Assembly: GCF_009914755.1 (NCBI RefSeq) | Contig: NC_060938.1 | Source: the human T2T-CHM13v2.0 reference genome, Homo sapiens | Length of the DNA stretch: 64,000 bases | Strand: one strand, 5' to 3' | Notes under the pieces: generated by a model | What the model was told of the DNA's origin: nothing | Seen by the model: only the letters and a program-made list of their open reading frames with translations | The model's database searches: none | Made by a program: the position numbers and the translations under genes | Shown: positions 1 through 11,700 of the stretch, in pieces | Layout of the letters: every line of letters starts with the position of its first letter | Position numbering within the stretch: the first letter of the stretch is position 1

Positions 1-11
1 TGGGAAGATAT

Positions 12-28
12 TTCCCTTTTCACCGTAG
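12..28 (-). promoter_or_regulatory. pJalpha-like (A-type monomer) box; homologues at 354, 696 and 1038 in each HOR
   Basis: TTCCCTTTTCACCGTAG; reverse complement CTACGGTGAAAAGGGAA is one mismatch from consensus CTAYGGTGRAAAAGGAA. It occupies the CENP-B-box position in alternate monomers. The other three copies are TCCCTTTATCACCATGG, TTGCTTTTTCACCGTAG and TTCCTTTCTCACCATAG. Confidence 0.75.
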
Positions 29-182
29 GCGTCAAGGCGCTCCAAATGTCCACTTCCAGATACTACAAAAAGAGTGTTTCAAACCTACTCTGTGAAAGGG
101 AATATTCAACTCTGTGACTTGAATGCACATATCACAAAGAAGTTTCTGAGAATGCTTCTGTCGAGATTTTATATGAAGATAT

Positions 183-199
183 TCCCGTTTCCAACGAAA
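183..199 (-). promoter_or_regulatory. CENP-B box (1st of 4 per HOR; recurs every 1364 bp)
   Basis: TCCCGTTTCCAACGAAA; reverse complement TTTCGTTGGAAACGGGA matches consensus YTTCGTTGGAARCGGGA. Confidence 0.97.
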
Positions 200-524
200 T
201 CCTGAAATGTATCCAAATATCCCCTCGCAGATTCTACAAAAAGAGTGTTTCAAAACTGCTCTGTGAAAAGAAAGGTTCAACTCTGTTAGTTGAGTACACA
301 CATCACAAACAAGTTTCACAGAATGCTTCTTTCTAGCTTGTAGGGGAAGATATTCCCTTTATCACCATGGGCCTCCAACCGTCCGAAACATCCACTTCCA
401 TATACTACAAAAAGAGCGTTTCAAACCTGCTCTATGAAAGGCAATGTTCAACTCTGTGACTTGAATGCAGACATCACAGAGCAGTTTCTGAGAATGCTTC
501 TGTCTAGATTTTATAGGAAGATAT

Positions 525-541
525 TCCCGTTTCCAACGAAA
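525..541 (-). promoter_or_regulatory. CENP-B box (2nd per HOR)
   Basis: TCCCGTTTCCAACGAAA, 342 bp after the first box. Confidence 0.97.
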
Positions 542-866
542 TCTTCACAGCTATCCAAATATCCACTTGCAGATTCTACAAAAAGAGTGTATCAAAACTG
601 CTCTGTCAAAAGGAAGGTTCTTCTCTGTTAGGTTAGTGCATACGTCATAAAGGAGTTTCTGAGAATGTTTCTGTCTAGTGGTTATGGGAAGATATTTGCT
701 TTTTCACCGTAGGCCTCAGAGCGCTCCAAATATCCACTTGCACATACTACAAAAAGAGTGCTTCAAAGCTGCTCTCTGAAACGGAATGTTCAACTCTATG
801 AGTTGAATGCAAACATCACAAAGACGTTTCTGAGAATGCTTCTGTCTAGATTTGATATGAAGATAT

Positions 867-883
867 TCCCGTTTCCAACGAAA
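867..883 (-). promoter_or_regulatory. CENP-B box (3rd per HOR)
   Basis: TCCCGTTTCCAACGAAA, 342 bp after the second box. Confidence 0.97.
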
Positions 884-1204
884 TCTTCAAATCTATCCAA
901 ATGTCCACTTGCAGATTCAACAAAAAGTGTTTTTCACAACTGCTCTATCAAAAGAAAGATCCACCTCTGTTAGCTGAGTTCACACATCACAAACAAGTTT
1001 ATGAGAATGCTTCTGTCTAGTTTTTATTTGAAGATATTTCCTTTCTCACCATAGAGCTGAAAGCTGTCCTAATGTTCACTTCCAGATACTACAGAAAGAG
1101 TGTTTCAAAACTGCTGTACGAAAGGGAATGTTCAACTCTGTGACTTGAATGCACACATCACAAAGAAGTTTCTGAGGATGCTGCTGTCTACTTTTTATAC
1201 GTAA

Positions 1205-1221
1205 TCCCGTTTCCAACGAAA
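1205..1221 (-). promoter_or_regulatory. CENP-B box (4th per HOR)
   Basis: TCCCGTTTCCAACGAAA, 338 bp after the third box, preceded by the shortened flank TTTTTATACGTAA. The last copy in the window is at 63945-63961, giving 188 box positions in total. Confidence 0.97.
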
Positions 1222-1364
1222 TCCTCCAAGCTATCCAAATATCCACTTGCAGATTCCACAGAAAGACTGTTTCAAAACTGCTCTGTCAATAGAAAGGTTC
1301 AACTCTGTTAGCTGCATGCATATATCCCAAAGAAGATTCTGAGATTGCTTCTGTCTAGTTTTTA

Positions 1365-2728
1365 TGGGAAGATATTTCCCTTTTCACCGTAGGCGTCAAG
1401 GCGCTCCAAATGTCCACTTCCAGATACTACAAAAAGAGTGTTTCAAACCTACTCTGTGAAAGGGAATATTCAACTCTGTGACTTGAATGCACATATCACA
1501 AGGAAGTTTCTGAGAATGCTTCTGTCGAGATTTTATATGAAGATATTCCCGTTTCCAACGAAATCCTGAAATCTATCCAAATATCCCCTTGCAGATTCTA
1601 CAAAAAGAGTGTTTCAAAACTGCTCTGTAAAAAGAAAAGTTCAACTCTGTTAGTTGAGTACACACATCACAAACAAGTTTCACACAATGCTTCTTTCTAG
1701 CTTGTAGGGGAAGATATTCCCTTTATCACCATGGGCCTCAAACCGTCCGATAAGTCCACTTCCATATACTACAAAAAGAGCGTTTCAAACCTGCTCTATG
1801 AAAGGCAATGTTCAACTCTGTGACTTGAATGCAGACATCACAGAGCAGTTTCTGAGAATGCTTCTGTCTAGATTTTATAGGAAGATATTCCCGTTTCCAA
1901 CGAAATCTTCACAGCTATCCAAATATCCACTTGCAGATTCTACAAAAAGAGTGTATCAAAACTGCTCTGTCAAAAGGAAGGTTCTTTTCTGTTAGGTGAG
2001 TGCATACGTCATAAAGGAGTTTCTGAGAATGTTTCTGTCTAGTGGTTATGGGAAGATATTTGCTTTTTCACCGTAGGCCTCAGAGCGCTCCAAATATCCA
2101 CTTGCACATACTACAAAAAGAGTGCCTCAAAGCTGCTCTCTGAAACGGAATGTTCAACTCTATGAGTTGAATGCAAACATCGCAAAGACGTTTCTGAGAA
2201 TGCTTCTGTCTAGATTTGATATGAAGATATTCCCGTTTCCAACGAAATCTTCAAATCTATCCAAATGTCCACTTGCAGATTCAACAAAAAGTGTTTTTCA
2301 GAACTGCTCTATCAAAAGAAAGATCCACCTCTGTTAGCTGAGTTCACACATCACAAACAAGTTTATGAGAATGCTTCTGTCTAGTTTTTATTTGAAGATA
2401 TTTCCTTTCTCACCATAGAGCTGAAAGCTGTCCTAATGTTCACTTCCAGATACTACAGAAAGAGTGTTTCAAAACTGCTGTACGAAAGGGAATGTTCAAC
2501 TCTGTGACTTGAATGCACACATCACAAAGAAGTTTCTGAGGATGCTGCTGTCTACTTTTTATACGTAATCCCGTTTCCAACGAAATCCTCCAAGCTATCC
2601 AAATATCCACTTGCAGATTCCACAGAAAGACTGTTTCAAAACTGCTCTGTCAATAGAAAGGTTCAACTCTGTTAGCTGCGTGCATATATCCCAAAGAAGA
2701 TTCTGAGATTGCTTCTGTCTAGTTTTTA
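1365..2728 (-). repeat. Second HOR unit (haplotype B)
   Basis: Differs from HOR1 at linked sites: acaAGgaag, ccctTgcag, ctgtAaaaa, cacaCaatg, cctcAaacc, ccgaTAAGtcc, cttTtctg, gtgcCtc, atcGcaa, gcGtgc. Confidence 0.9.
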
Positions 2729-5700
2729 TGGGAAGATATTTCCCTTTTCACCGTAGGTGTCAAGGCGCTCCAAATGTCCACTTCCAGATACTACAAAAAG
2801 AGTGTTTCAAACCTACTCTGTGAAAGGGAATATTCAACTCTGTGACTTGAATGCACATATCACAAAGAAGTTTCTGAGAATGCTTCTGTCGAGATTTTAT
2901 ATGAAGATATTCCCGTTTCCAACGAAATGCTGAAATCTATCCAAATATCCCCTCGCAGATTCTACAAAAAGAGTGTTTCAAAACTGCTCTGTGAAAAGAA
3001 AGGTTCAACTCTGTTAGTTGAGTACACACATCACAAACAAGTTTCACAGAATGCTTCTTTCTAGCTTGTAGGGGAAGATATTCCCTTTATCACCATGGGC
3101 CTCCAACCGTCCGAAACATCCACTTCCATATACTACAAAAAGAGCGTTTCAAACCTGCTCTATGAAAGGCAATGTTCAACTCTGTGACTTGAATGCAGAC
3201 ATCACAGAGCAGTTTCTGAGAATGCTTCTGTCTAGATTTTATAGGAAGATATTCCCGTTTCCAACGAAATCTTCACAGCTATCCAAATATCCACTTGCAG
3301 ATTCTACAAAAAGAGTGTATCAAAACTGCTCTGTCAAAAGGAAGGTTCTTCTCTGTTAGGTGAGTGCATACGTCATAAAGGAGTTTCTGAGAATGTTTCT
3401 GTCTAGTGGTTATGGGAAGATATTTGCTTTTTCACCGTAGGCCTCAGAGCGCTCCAAATATCCACTTGCACATACTACAAAAAGAGTGCTTCAAAGCTGC
3501 TCTCTGAAACGGAATGTTCAACTCTATGAGTTGAATGCAAACATCACAAAGACGTTTCTGAGAATGCTTCTCTCTAGATTTGATATGAAGATATTCCCGT
3601 TTCCAACGAAATCTTCAAATCTATCCAAATGTCCACTTGCAGATTCAACAAAAAGTGTTTTTCAGAACTGCTCTATCAAAAGAAAGATCCACCTCTGTTA
3701 GCTGAGTTCACACATCACAAACAAGTTTATGAGAATGCTTCTGTCTAGTTTTTATTTGAAGATATTTCCTTTCTCACCATAGAGCTGAAAGCTGTCCTAA
3801 TGTTCACTTCCAGATACTACAGAAAGAGTGTTTCAAAACTGCTGTACGAAAGGGAATGTTCAACTCTGTGACTTGAATGCACACATCACAAAGAAGTTTC
3901 TGAGGATGCTGCTGTCTACTTTTTATACGTAATCCCGTTTCCAACGAAATCCTCCAAGCTATCCAAATATCCACTTGCAGATTCCACAGAAAGACTGTTT
4001 CAAAACTGCTCTGTCAATAGAAAGGTTCAACTCTGTTAGCTGCATGCATATATCCCAAAGAAGATTCTGAGATTGCTTCTGTCTAGTTTTTATGGGAAGA
4101 TATTTCCCTTTTCACCGTAGGCGTCAAGGCGCTCCAAATGTCCACTTCCAGATACTACAAAAAGAGTGTTTCAAACCTACTCTGTGAAAGGGAATATTCA
4201 ACTCTGTGACTTGAATGCACATATCACAAGGAAGTTTCTGAGAATGCTTCTGTCGAGATTTTATATGAAGATATTCCCGTTTCCAACGAAATCCTGAAAT
4301 GTATCCAAATATCCCCTTGCAGATTCTACAAAAAGAGTGTTTCAAAACTGCTCTGTAAAAAGAAAGGTTCAACTCTGTTAGTTGAGTACACACATCACAA
4401 ACAAGTTTCACACAATGCTTCTTTCTAGCTTGTAGGGGAAGATATTCCCTTTATCACCATGGGCCTCAAACCGTCCGATAAGTCCACTTCCATATACTAC
4501 AAAAAGAGCGTTTCAAACCTGCTCTATGAAAGGCAATGTTCAACTCTGTGACTTGAATGCAGACATCACAGAGCAGTTTCTGAGAATGCTTCTGTCTAGA
4601 TTTTATAGGAAGATATTCCCGTTTCCAACGAAATCTTCACAGCTATCCAAATATCCACTTGCAGATTCTACAAAAAGAGTGTATCAAAACTGCTCTGTGA
4701 AAAGGAAGGTTCTTTTCTGTTAGGTGAGTGCATACGTCATAAAGGAGTTTCTGAGAATGTTTCTGTCTAGTGGTTATGGGAAGATATTTGCTTTTTCACC
4801 GTAGGCCTCAGAGCGCTCCAAATATCCACTTGCACATACTACAAAAAGAGTGCCTCAAAGCTGCTCTCTGAAACGGAATGTTCAACTCTATGAGTTGAAT
4901 GCAAACATCGCAAAGACGTTTCTGAGAATGCTTCTGTCTAGATTTGATATGAAGATATTCCCGTTTCCAACGAAATCTTCAAATCTATCCAAATGTCCAC
5001 TTGCAGATTCAACAAAAAGTGTTTTTCAGAACTGCTCTATCAAAAGAAAGATCCACCTCTGTTAGCTGAGTTCACACATCACAAACAAGTTTATGAGAAT
5101 GCTTCTGTCTAGTTTTTATTTGAAGATATTTCCTTTCTCACCATAGAGCTGAAAGCTGTCCTAATGTTCACTTCCAGATACTACAGAAAGAGTGTTTCAA
5201 AACTGCTGTACGAAAGGGAATGTTCAACTATGTGACTTGAATGCACACATCACAAAGAAGTTTCTGAGGATGCTGCTGTCTACTTTTTATACGTAATCCC
5301 GTTTCCAACGAAATCCTCCAGGCTATCCAAATATCCACTTGCAGATTCCACAGAAAGACTGTTTCAAAACTGCTCTGTCAATAGAAAGGTTCAACTCTGT
5401 TAGCTGCGTGCATATATCCCAAAGAAGATTCTGAGATTGCTTCTGTCTAGTTTTTATGGGAAGATATTTCCCTTTTCACCGTAGGCGTCAAGGCGCTCCA
5501 AATGTCCACTTCCAGATACTACAAAAAGAGTGTTTCAAACCTACTCTGTGAAAGGGAATATTCAACTCTGTGACTTGAATGCACATATCACAAAGAAGTT
5601 TCTGAGAATGCTTCTGTCGAGATTTTATATGAAGATATTCCCGTTTCCAACGAAATCCTGAAATGTATCCAAATATCCCCTCGCAGATTCTACAAAAAGA

Positions 5701-8700
5701 GTGTTTCAAAACTGCTCTGTGAAAAGAAAGGTTCAACTCTGTTAGTTGAGTACACACATCACAAACAAGTTTCACAGAATGCTTCTTTCTAGCTTGTAGG
5801 GGAAGATATTCCCTTTATCACCATGGGCCTCCAACCGTCCGAAACATCCACTTCCATATACTACAAAAAGAGCGTTTCAAACCTGCTCTATGAAAGGCAA
5901 TGTTCAACTCTGTGACTTGAATGCAGACATCACAGAGCAGTTTCTGAGAATGCTTCTGTCTAGATTTTATAGGAAGATATTCCCGTTTCCAACGAAATCT
6001 TCACAGCTATCCAAATATCCACTTGCAGATTCTACAAAAAGAGTGTATCAAAACTGCTCTGTCAAAAGGAAGGTTCTTCTCTGTTAGGTGAGTGCATACG
6101 TCATAAAGGAGTTTCTGAGAATGTTTCTGTCTAGTGGTTATGGGAAGATATTTGCTTTTTCACCGTAGGCCTCAGAGCGCTCCAAATATCCACTTGCACA
6201 TACTACAAAAAGAGTGCTTCAAAGCTGCTCTCTGAAACGGAATGTTCAACTCTATGAGTTGAATGCAAACATCACAAAGACGTTTCTGAGAATGCTTCTG
6301 TCTAGATTTGATATGAAGATATTCCCGTTTCCAACGAAATCTTCAAATCTATCCAAATGTCCACTTGCAGATTCAACAAAAAGTGTTTTTCACAACTGCT
6401 CTATCAAAAGAAAGATCCACCTCTGTTAGCTGAGTTCACACATCACAAACAAGTTTATGAGAATGCTTCTGTCTAGTTTTTATTTGAAGATATTTCCTTT
6501 CTCACCATAGAGCTGAAAGCTGTCCTAATGTTCACTTCCAGATACTACAGAAAGAGTGTTTCAAAACTGCTGTACGAAAGGGAATGTTCAACTCTGTGAC
6601 TTGAATGCACACATCACAAAGAAGTTTCTGAGGATGCTGCTGTCTACTTTTTATACGTAATCCCGTTTCCAACGAAATCCTCCAAGCTATCCAAATATCC
6701 ACTTGCAGATTCCACAGAAAGACTGTTTCAAAACTGCTCTGTCAATAGAAAGGTTCAACTCTGTTAGCTGCATGCATATATCCCAAAGAAGATTCTGAGA
6801 TTGCTTCTGTCTAGTTTTTATGGGAAGATATTTCCCTTTTCACCGTAGGCGTCAAGGCGCTCCAAATGTCCACTTCCAGATACTACAAAAAGAGTGTTTC
6901 AAACCTACTCTGTGAAAGGGAATATTCAACTCTGTGACTTGAATGCACATATCACAAGGAAGTTTCTGAGAATGCTTCTGTCGAGATTTTATATGAAGAT
7001 ATTCCCGTTTCCAACGAAATCCTGAAATCTATCCAAATATCCCCTTGCAGATTCTACAAAAAGAGTGTTTCAAAACTGCTCTGTAAAAAGAAAAGTTCAA
7101 CTCTGTTAGTTGAGTACACACATCACAAACAAGTTTCACACAATGCTTCTTTCTAGCTTGTAGGGGAAGATATTCCCTTTATCACCATGGGCCTCAAACC
7201 GTCCGATAAGTCCACTTCCATATACTACAAAAAGAGCGTTTCAAACCTGCTCTATGAAAGGCAATGTTCAACTCTGTGACTTGAATGCAGACATCACAGA
7301 GCAGTTTCTGAGAATGCTTCTGTCTAGATTTTATAGGAAGATATTCCCGTTTCCAACGAAATCTTCACAGCTATCCAAATATCCACTTGCAGATTCTACA
7401 AAAAGAGTGTATCAAAACTGCTCTGTCAAAAGGAAGGTTCTTTTCTGTTAGGTGAGTGCATACGTCATAAAGGAGTTTCTGAGAATGTTTCTGTCTAGTG
7501 GTTATGGGAAGATATTTGCTTTTTCACCGTAGGCCTCAGAGCGCTCCAAATATCCACTTGCACATACTACAAAAAGAGTGCCTCAAAGCTGCTCTCTGAA
7601 ACGGAATGTTCAACTCTATGAGTTGAATGCAAACATCGCAAAGACGTTTCTGAGAATGCTTCTGTCTAGATTTGATATGAAGATATTCCCGTTTCCAACG
7701 AAATCTTCAAATCTATCCAAATGTCCACTTGCAGATTCAACAAAAAGTGTTTTTCAGAACTGCTCTATCAAAAGAAAGATCCACCTCTGTTAGCTGAGTT
7801 CACACATCACAAACAAGTTTATGAGAATGCTTCTGTCTAGTTTTTATTTGAAGATATTTCCTTTCTCACCATAGACCTGAAAGCTGTCCTAATGTTCACT
7901 TCCAGATACTACAGAAAGAGTGTTTCAAAACTGCTGTACGAAAGGGAATGTTCAACTATGTGACTTGAATGCACACATCACAAAGAAGTTTCTGAGGATG
8001 CTGCTGTCTACTTTTTATACGTAATCCCGTTTCCAACGAAATCCTCCAAGCTATCCAAATATCCACTTGCAGATTCCACAGAAAGACTGTTTCAAAACTG
8101 CTCTGTCAATAGAAAGGTTCAACTCTGTTAGCTGCGTGCATATATCCCAAAGAAGATTCTGAGATTGCTTCTGTCTAGTTTTTATGGGAAGATATTTCCC
8201 TTTTCACCGTAGGTGTCAAGGCGCTCCAAATGTCCACTTCCAGATACTACAAAAAGAGTGTTTCAAACCTACTCTGTGAAAGGGAATATTCAACTCTGTG
8301 ACTTGAATGCACATATCACAAAGAAGTTTCTGAGAATGCTTCTGTCGAGATTTTATATGAAGATATTCCCGTTTCCAACGAAATGCTGAAATCTATCCAA
8401 ATATCCCCTCGCAGATTCTACAAAAAGAGTGTTTCAAAACTGCTCTGTGAAAAGAAAGGTTCAACTCTGTTAGTTGAGTACACACATCACAAACAAGTTT
8501 CACAGAATGCTTCTTTCTAGCTTGTAGGGGAAGATATTCCCTTTATCACCATGGGCCTCCAACCGTCCGAAACATCCACTTCCATATACTACAAAAAGAG
8601 CGTTTCAAACCTGCTCTATGAAAGGCAATGTTCAACTCTGTGACTTGAATGCAGACATCACAGAGCAGTTTCTGAGAATGCTTCTGTCTAGATTTTATAG

Positions 8701-11700
8701 GAAGATATTCCCGTTTCCAACGAAATCTTCACAGCTATCCAAATATCCACTTGCAGATTCTACAAAAAGAGTGTATCAAAACTGCTCTGTCAAAAGGAAG
8801 GTTCTTCTCTGTTAGGTGAGTGCATACGTCATAAAGGAGTTTCTGAGAATGTTTCTGTCTAGTGGTTATGGGAAGATATTTGCTTTTTCACCGTAGGCCT
8901 CAGAGCGCTCCAAATATCCACTTGCACATACTACAAAAAGAGTGCTTCAAAGCTGCTCTCTGAAACGGAATGTTCAACTCTATGAGTTGAATGCAAACAT
9001 CACAAAGACGTTTCTGAGAATGCTTCTGTCTAGATTTGATATGAAGATATTCCCGTTTCCAACGAAATCTTCAAATCTATCCAAATGTCCACTTGCAGAT
9101 TCAACAAAAAGTGTTTTTCAGAACTGCTCTATCAAAAGAAAGATCCACCTCTGTTAGCTGAGTTCACACATCACAAACAAGTTTATGAGAATGCTTCTGT
9201 CTAGTTTTTATTTGAAGATATTTCCTTTCTCACCATAGAGCTGAAAGCTGTCCTAATGTTCACTTCCAGATACTACAGAAAGAGTGTTTCAAAACTGCTG
9301 TACGAAAGGGAATGTTCAACTCTGTGACTTGAATGCACACATCACAAAGAAGTTTCTGAGGATGCTGCTGTCTACTTTTTATACGTAATCCCGTTTCCAA
9401 CGAAATCCTCCAAGCTATCCAAATATCCACTTGCAGATTCCACAGAAAGACTGTTTCAAAACTGCTCTGTCAATAGAAAGGTTCAACTCTGTTAGCTGCG
9501 TGCATATATCCCAAAGAAGATTCTGAGATTGCTTCTGTCTAGTTTTTATGGGAAGATATTTCCCTTTTCACCGTAGGCGTCAAGGCGCTCCAAATGTCCA
9601 CTTCCAGATACTACAAAAAGAGTGTTTCAAACCTACTCTGTGAAAGGGAATATTCAACTCTGTGACTTGAATGCACATATCACAAAGAAGTTTCTGAGAA
9701 TGCTTCTGTCGAGATTTTATATGAAGATATTCCCGTTTCCAACGAAATGCTGAAATCTATCCAAATATCCCCTCGCAGATTCTACAAAAAGAGTGTTTCA
9801 AAACTGCTCTGTGAAAAGAAAGGTTCAACTCTGTTAGTTGAGTACACACATCACAAACAAGTTTCACAGAATGCTTCTTTCTAGCTTGTAGGGGAAGATA
9901 TTCCCTTTATCACCATGGGCCTCCAACCGTCCGAAACATCCACTTCCATATACTACAAATGAGCGTTTCAAACCTGCTCTATGAAAGGCAATGTTCAACT
10001 CTGTGACTTGAATGCAGACATCACAGAGCAGTTTCTGAGAATGCTTCTGTCTAGATTTTATAGGAAGATATTCCCGTTTCCAACGAAATCTTCACAGCTA
10101 TCCAAATATCCACTTGCAGATTCTACAAAAAGAGTGTATCAAAACTGCTCTGTCAAAAGGAAGGTTCTTCTCTGTTAGGTGAGTGCATACGTCATAAAGG
10201 AGTTTCTGAGAATGTTTCTGTCTAGTGGTTATGGGAAGATATTTGCTTTTTCACCGTAGGCCTCAGAGCGCTCCAAATATCCACTTGCACATACTACAAA
10301 AAGAGTGCCTCAAAGCTGCTCTCTGAAACGGAATGTTCAACTCTATGAGTTGAATGCAAACATCACAAAGACGTTTCTGAGAATGCTTCTGTCTAGATTT
10401 GATATGAAGATATTCCCGTTTCCAACGAAATCTTCAAATCTATCCAAATGTCCACTTGCAGATTCAACAAAAAGTGTTTTTCAGAACTGCTCTATCAAAA
10501 GAAAGATCCACCTCTGTTAGCTGAGTTCACACATCACAAACAAGTTTATGAGAATGCTTCTGTCTAGTTTTTATTTGAAGATATTTCCTTTCTCACCATA
10601 GAGCTGAAAGCTGTCCTAATGTTCACTTCCAGATACTACAGAAAGAGTGTTTCAAAACTGCTGTACGAAAGGGAATGTTCAACTCTGTGACTTGAATGCA
10701 CACATCACAAAGAAGTTTCTGAGGATGCTGCTGTCTACTTTTTATACGTAATCCCGTTTCCAACGAAATCCTCCAAGCTATCCAAATATCCACTTGCAGA
10801 TTCCACAGAAAGACTGTTTCAAAACTGCTCTGTCAATAGAAAGGTTCAACTCTGTTAGCTGCGTGCATATATCCCAAAGAAGATTCTGAGATTGCTTCTG
10901 TCTAGTTTTTATGGGAAGATATTTCCCTTTTCACCGTAGGTGTCAAGGCGCTCCAAATGTCCACTTCCAGATACTACAAAAAGAGTGTTTCAAACCTACT
11001 CTGTGAAAGGGAATATTCAACTCTGTGACTTGAATGCACATATCACAAAGAAGTTTCTGAGAATGCTTCTGTCGAGATTTTATATGAAGATATTCCCGTT
11101 TCCAACGAAATGCTGAAATCTATCCAAATATCCCCTCGCAGATTCTACAAAAAGAGTGTTTCAAAACTGCTCTGTGAAAAGAAAGGTTCAACTCTGTTAG
11201 TTGAGTACACACATCACAAACAAGTTTCACAGAATGCTTCTTTCTAGCTTGTAGGGGAAGATATTCCCTTTATCACCATGGGCCTCCAACCGTCCGAAAC
11301 ATCCACTTCCATATACTACAAAAAGAGCGTTTCAAACCTGCTCTATGAAAGGCAATGTTCAACTCTGTGACTTGAATGCAGACATCACAGAGCAGTTTCT
11401 GAGAATGCTTCTGTCTAGATTTTATAGGAAGATATTCCCGTTTCCAACGAAATCTTCACAGCTATCCAAATATCCACTTGCAGATTCTACAAAAAGAGTG
11501 TATCAAAACTGCTCTGTCAAAAGGAAGGTTCTTCTCTGTTAGGTGAGTGCATACGTCATAAAGGAGTTTCTGAGAATGTTTCTGTCTAGTGGTTATGGGA
11601 AGATATTTGCTTTTTCACCGTAGGCCTCAGAGCGCTCCAAATATCCACTTGCACATACTACAAAAAGAGTGCTTCAAAGCTGCTCTCTGAAACGGAATGT

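Larger units (their letters stand above)
1..1364 (-). repeat. First HOR unit (haplotype A-like); probably the SF2 live HOR of human chr14/chr22 (D14Z9/D22Z1, S2C14/22H1L)
   Basis: A/B box positions at 12, 183, 354, 525, 696, 867, 1038, 1205 and 1376 give monomers of 171 x7 plus 167. The unit has strict dimeric A/B alternation, XbaI sites (TCTAGA at 503 and 845) and no EcoRI site that I could see, which fits SF2. The chromosome assignment rests on my recollection that the 14/22 HOR is a 1364-bp 8-mer; chr14 versus chr22 cannot be resolved here. Confidence 0.72.
1..9499. repeat. Older duplication with a 4-HOR (5456-bp) period, HOR1-3 versus HOR5-7
   Basis: Rare variants pair at +5456: 937/6393, 1638/7094, 2758/8214, and the C+G allele combination 201,209/5657,5665. 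Confidence 0.8.

Noticed and set aside
719-1321. Short palindromes (GAGCGCTC at 719, TACGTA at 1198, TGCATGCA at 1313) as possible hairpins or terminators
   Set aside because: They are 6-8 bp, expected by chance, and have no extended stems.
1-1364. Assignment to other 8-mer HORs (chr10 D10Z1, chr12 D12Z3)
   Set aside because: As I recall, those are SF1 arrays with ~340-bp dimers and slightly shorter units, whereas dimers here are 342 bp with XbaI sites. This was not confirmed by alignment.
183-1563. Identical 17-bp motif at regular ~342-bp spacing resembling a CRISPR repeat-spacer array
   Set aside because: The motif is the CENP-B box. The intervening sequences are homologous satellite monomers rather than unique spacers, and there are no cas genes.
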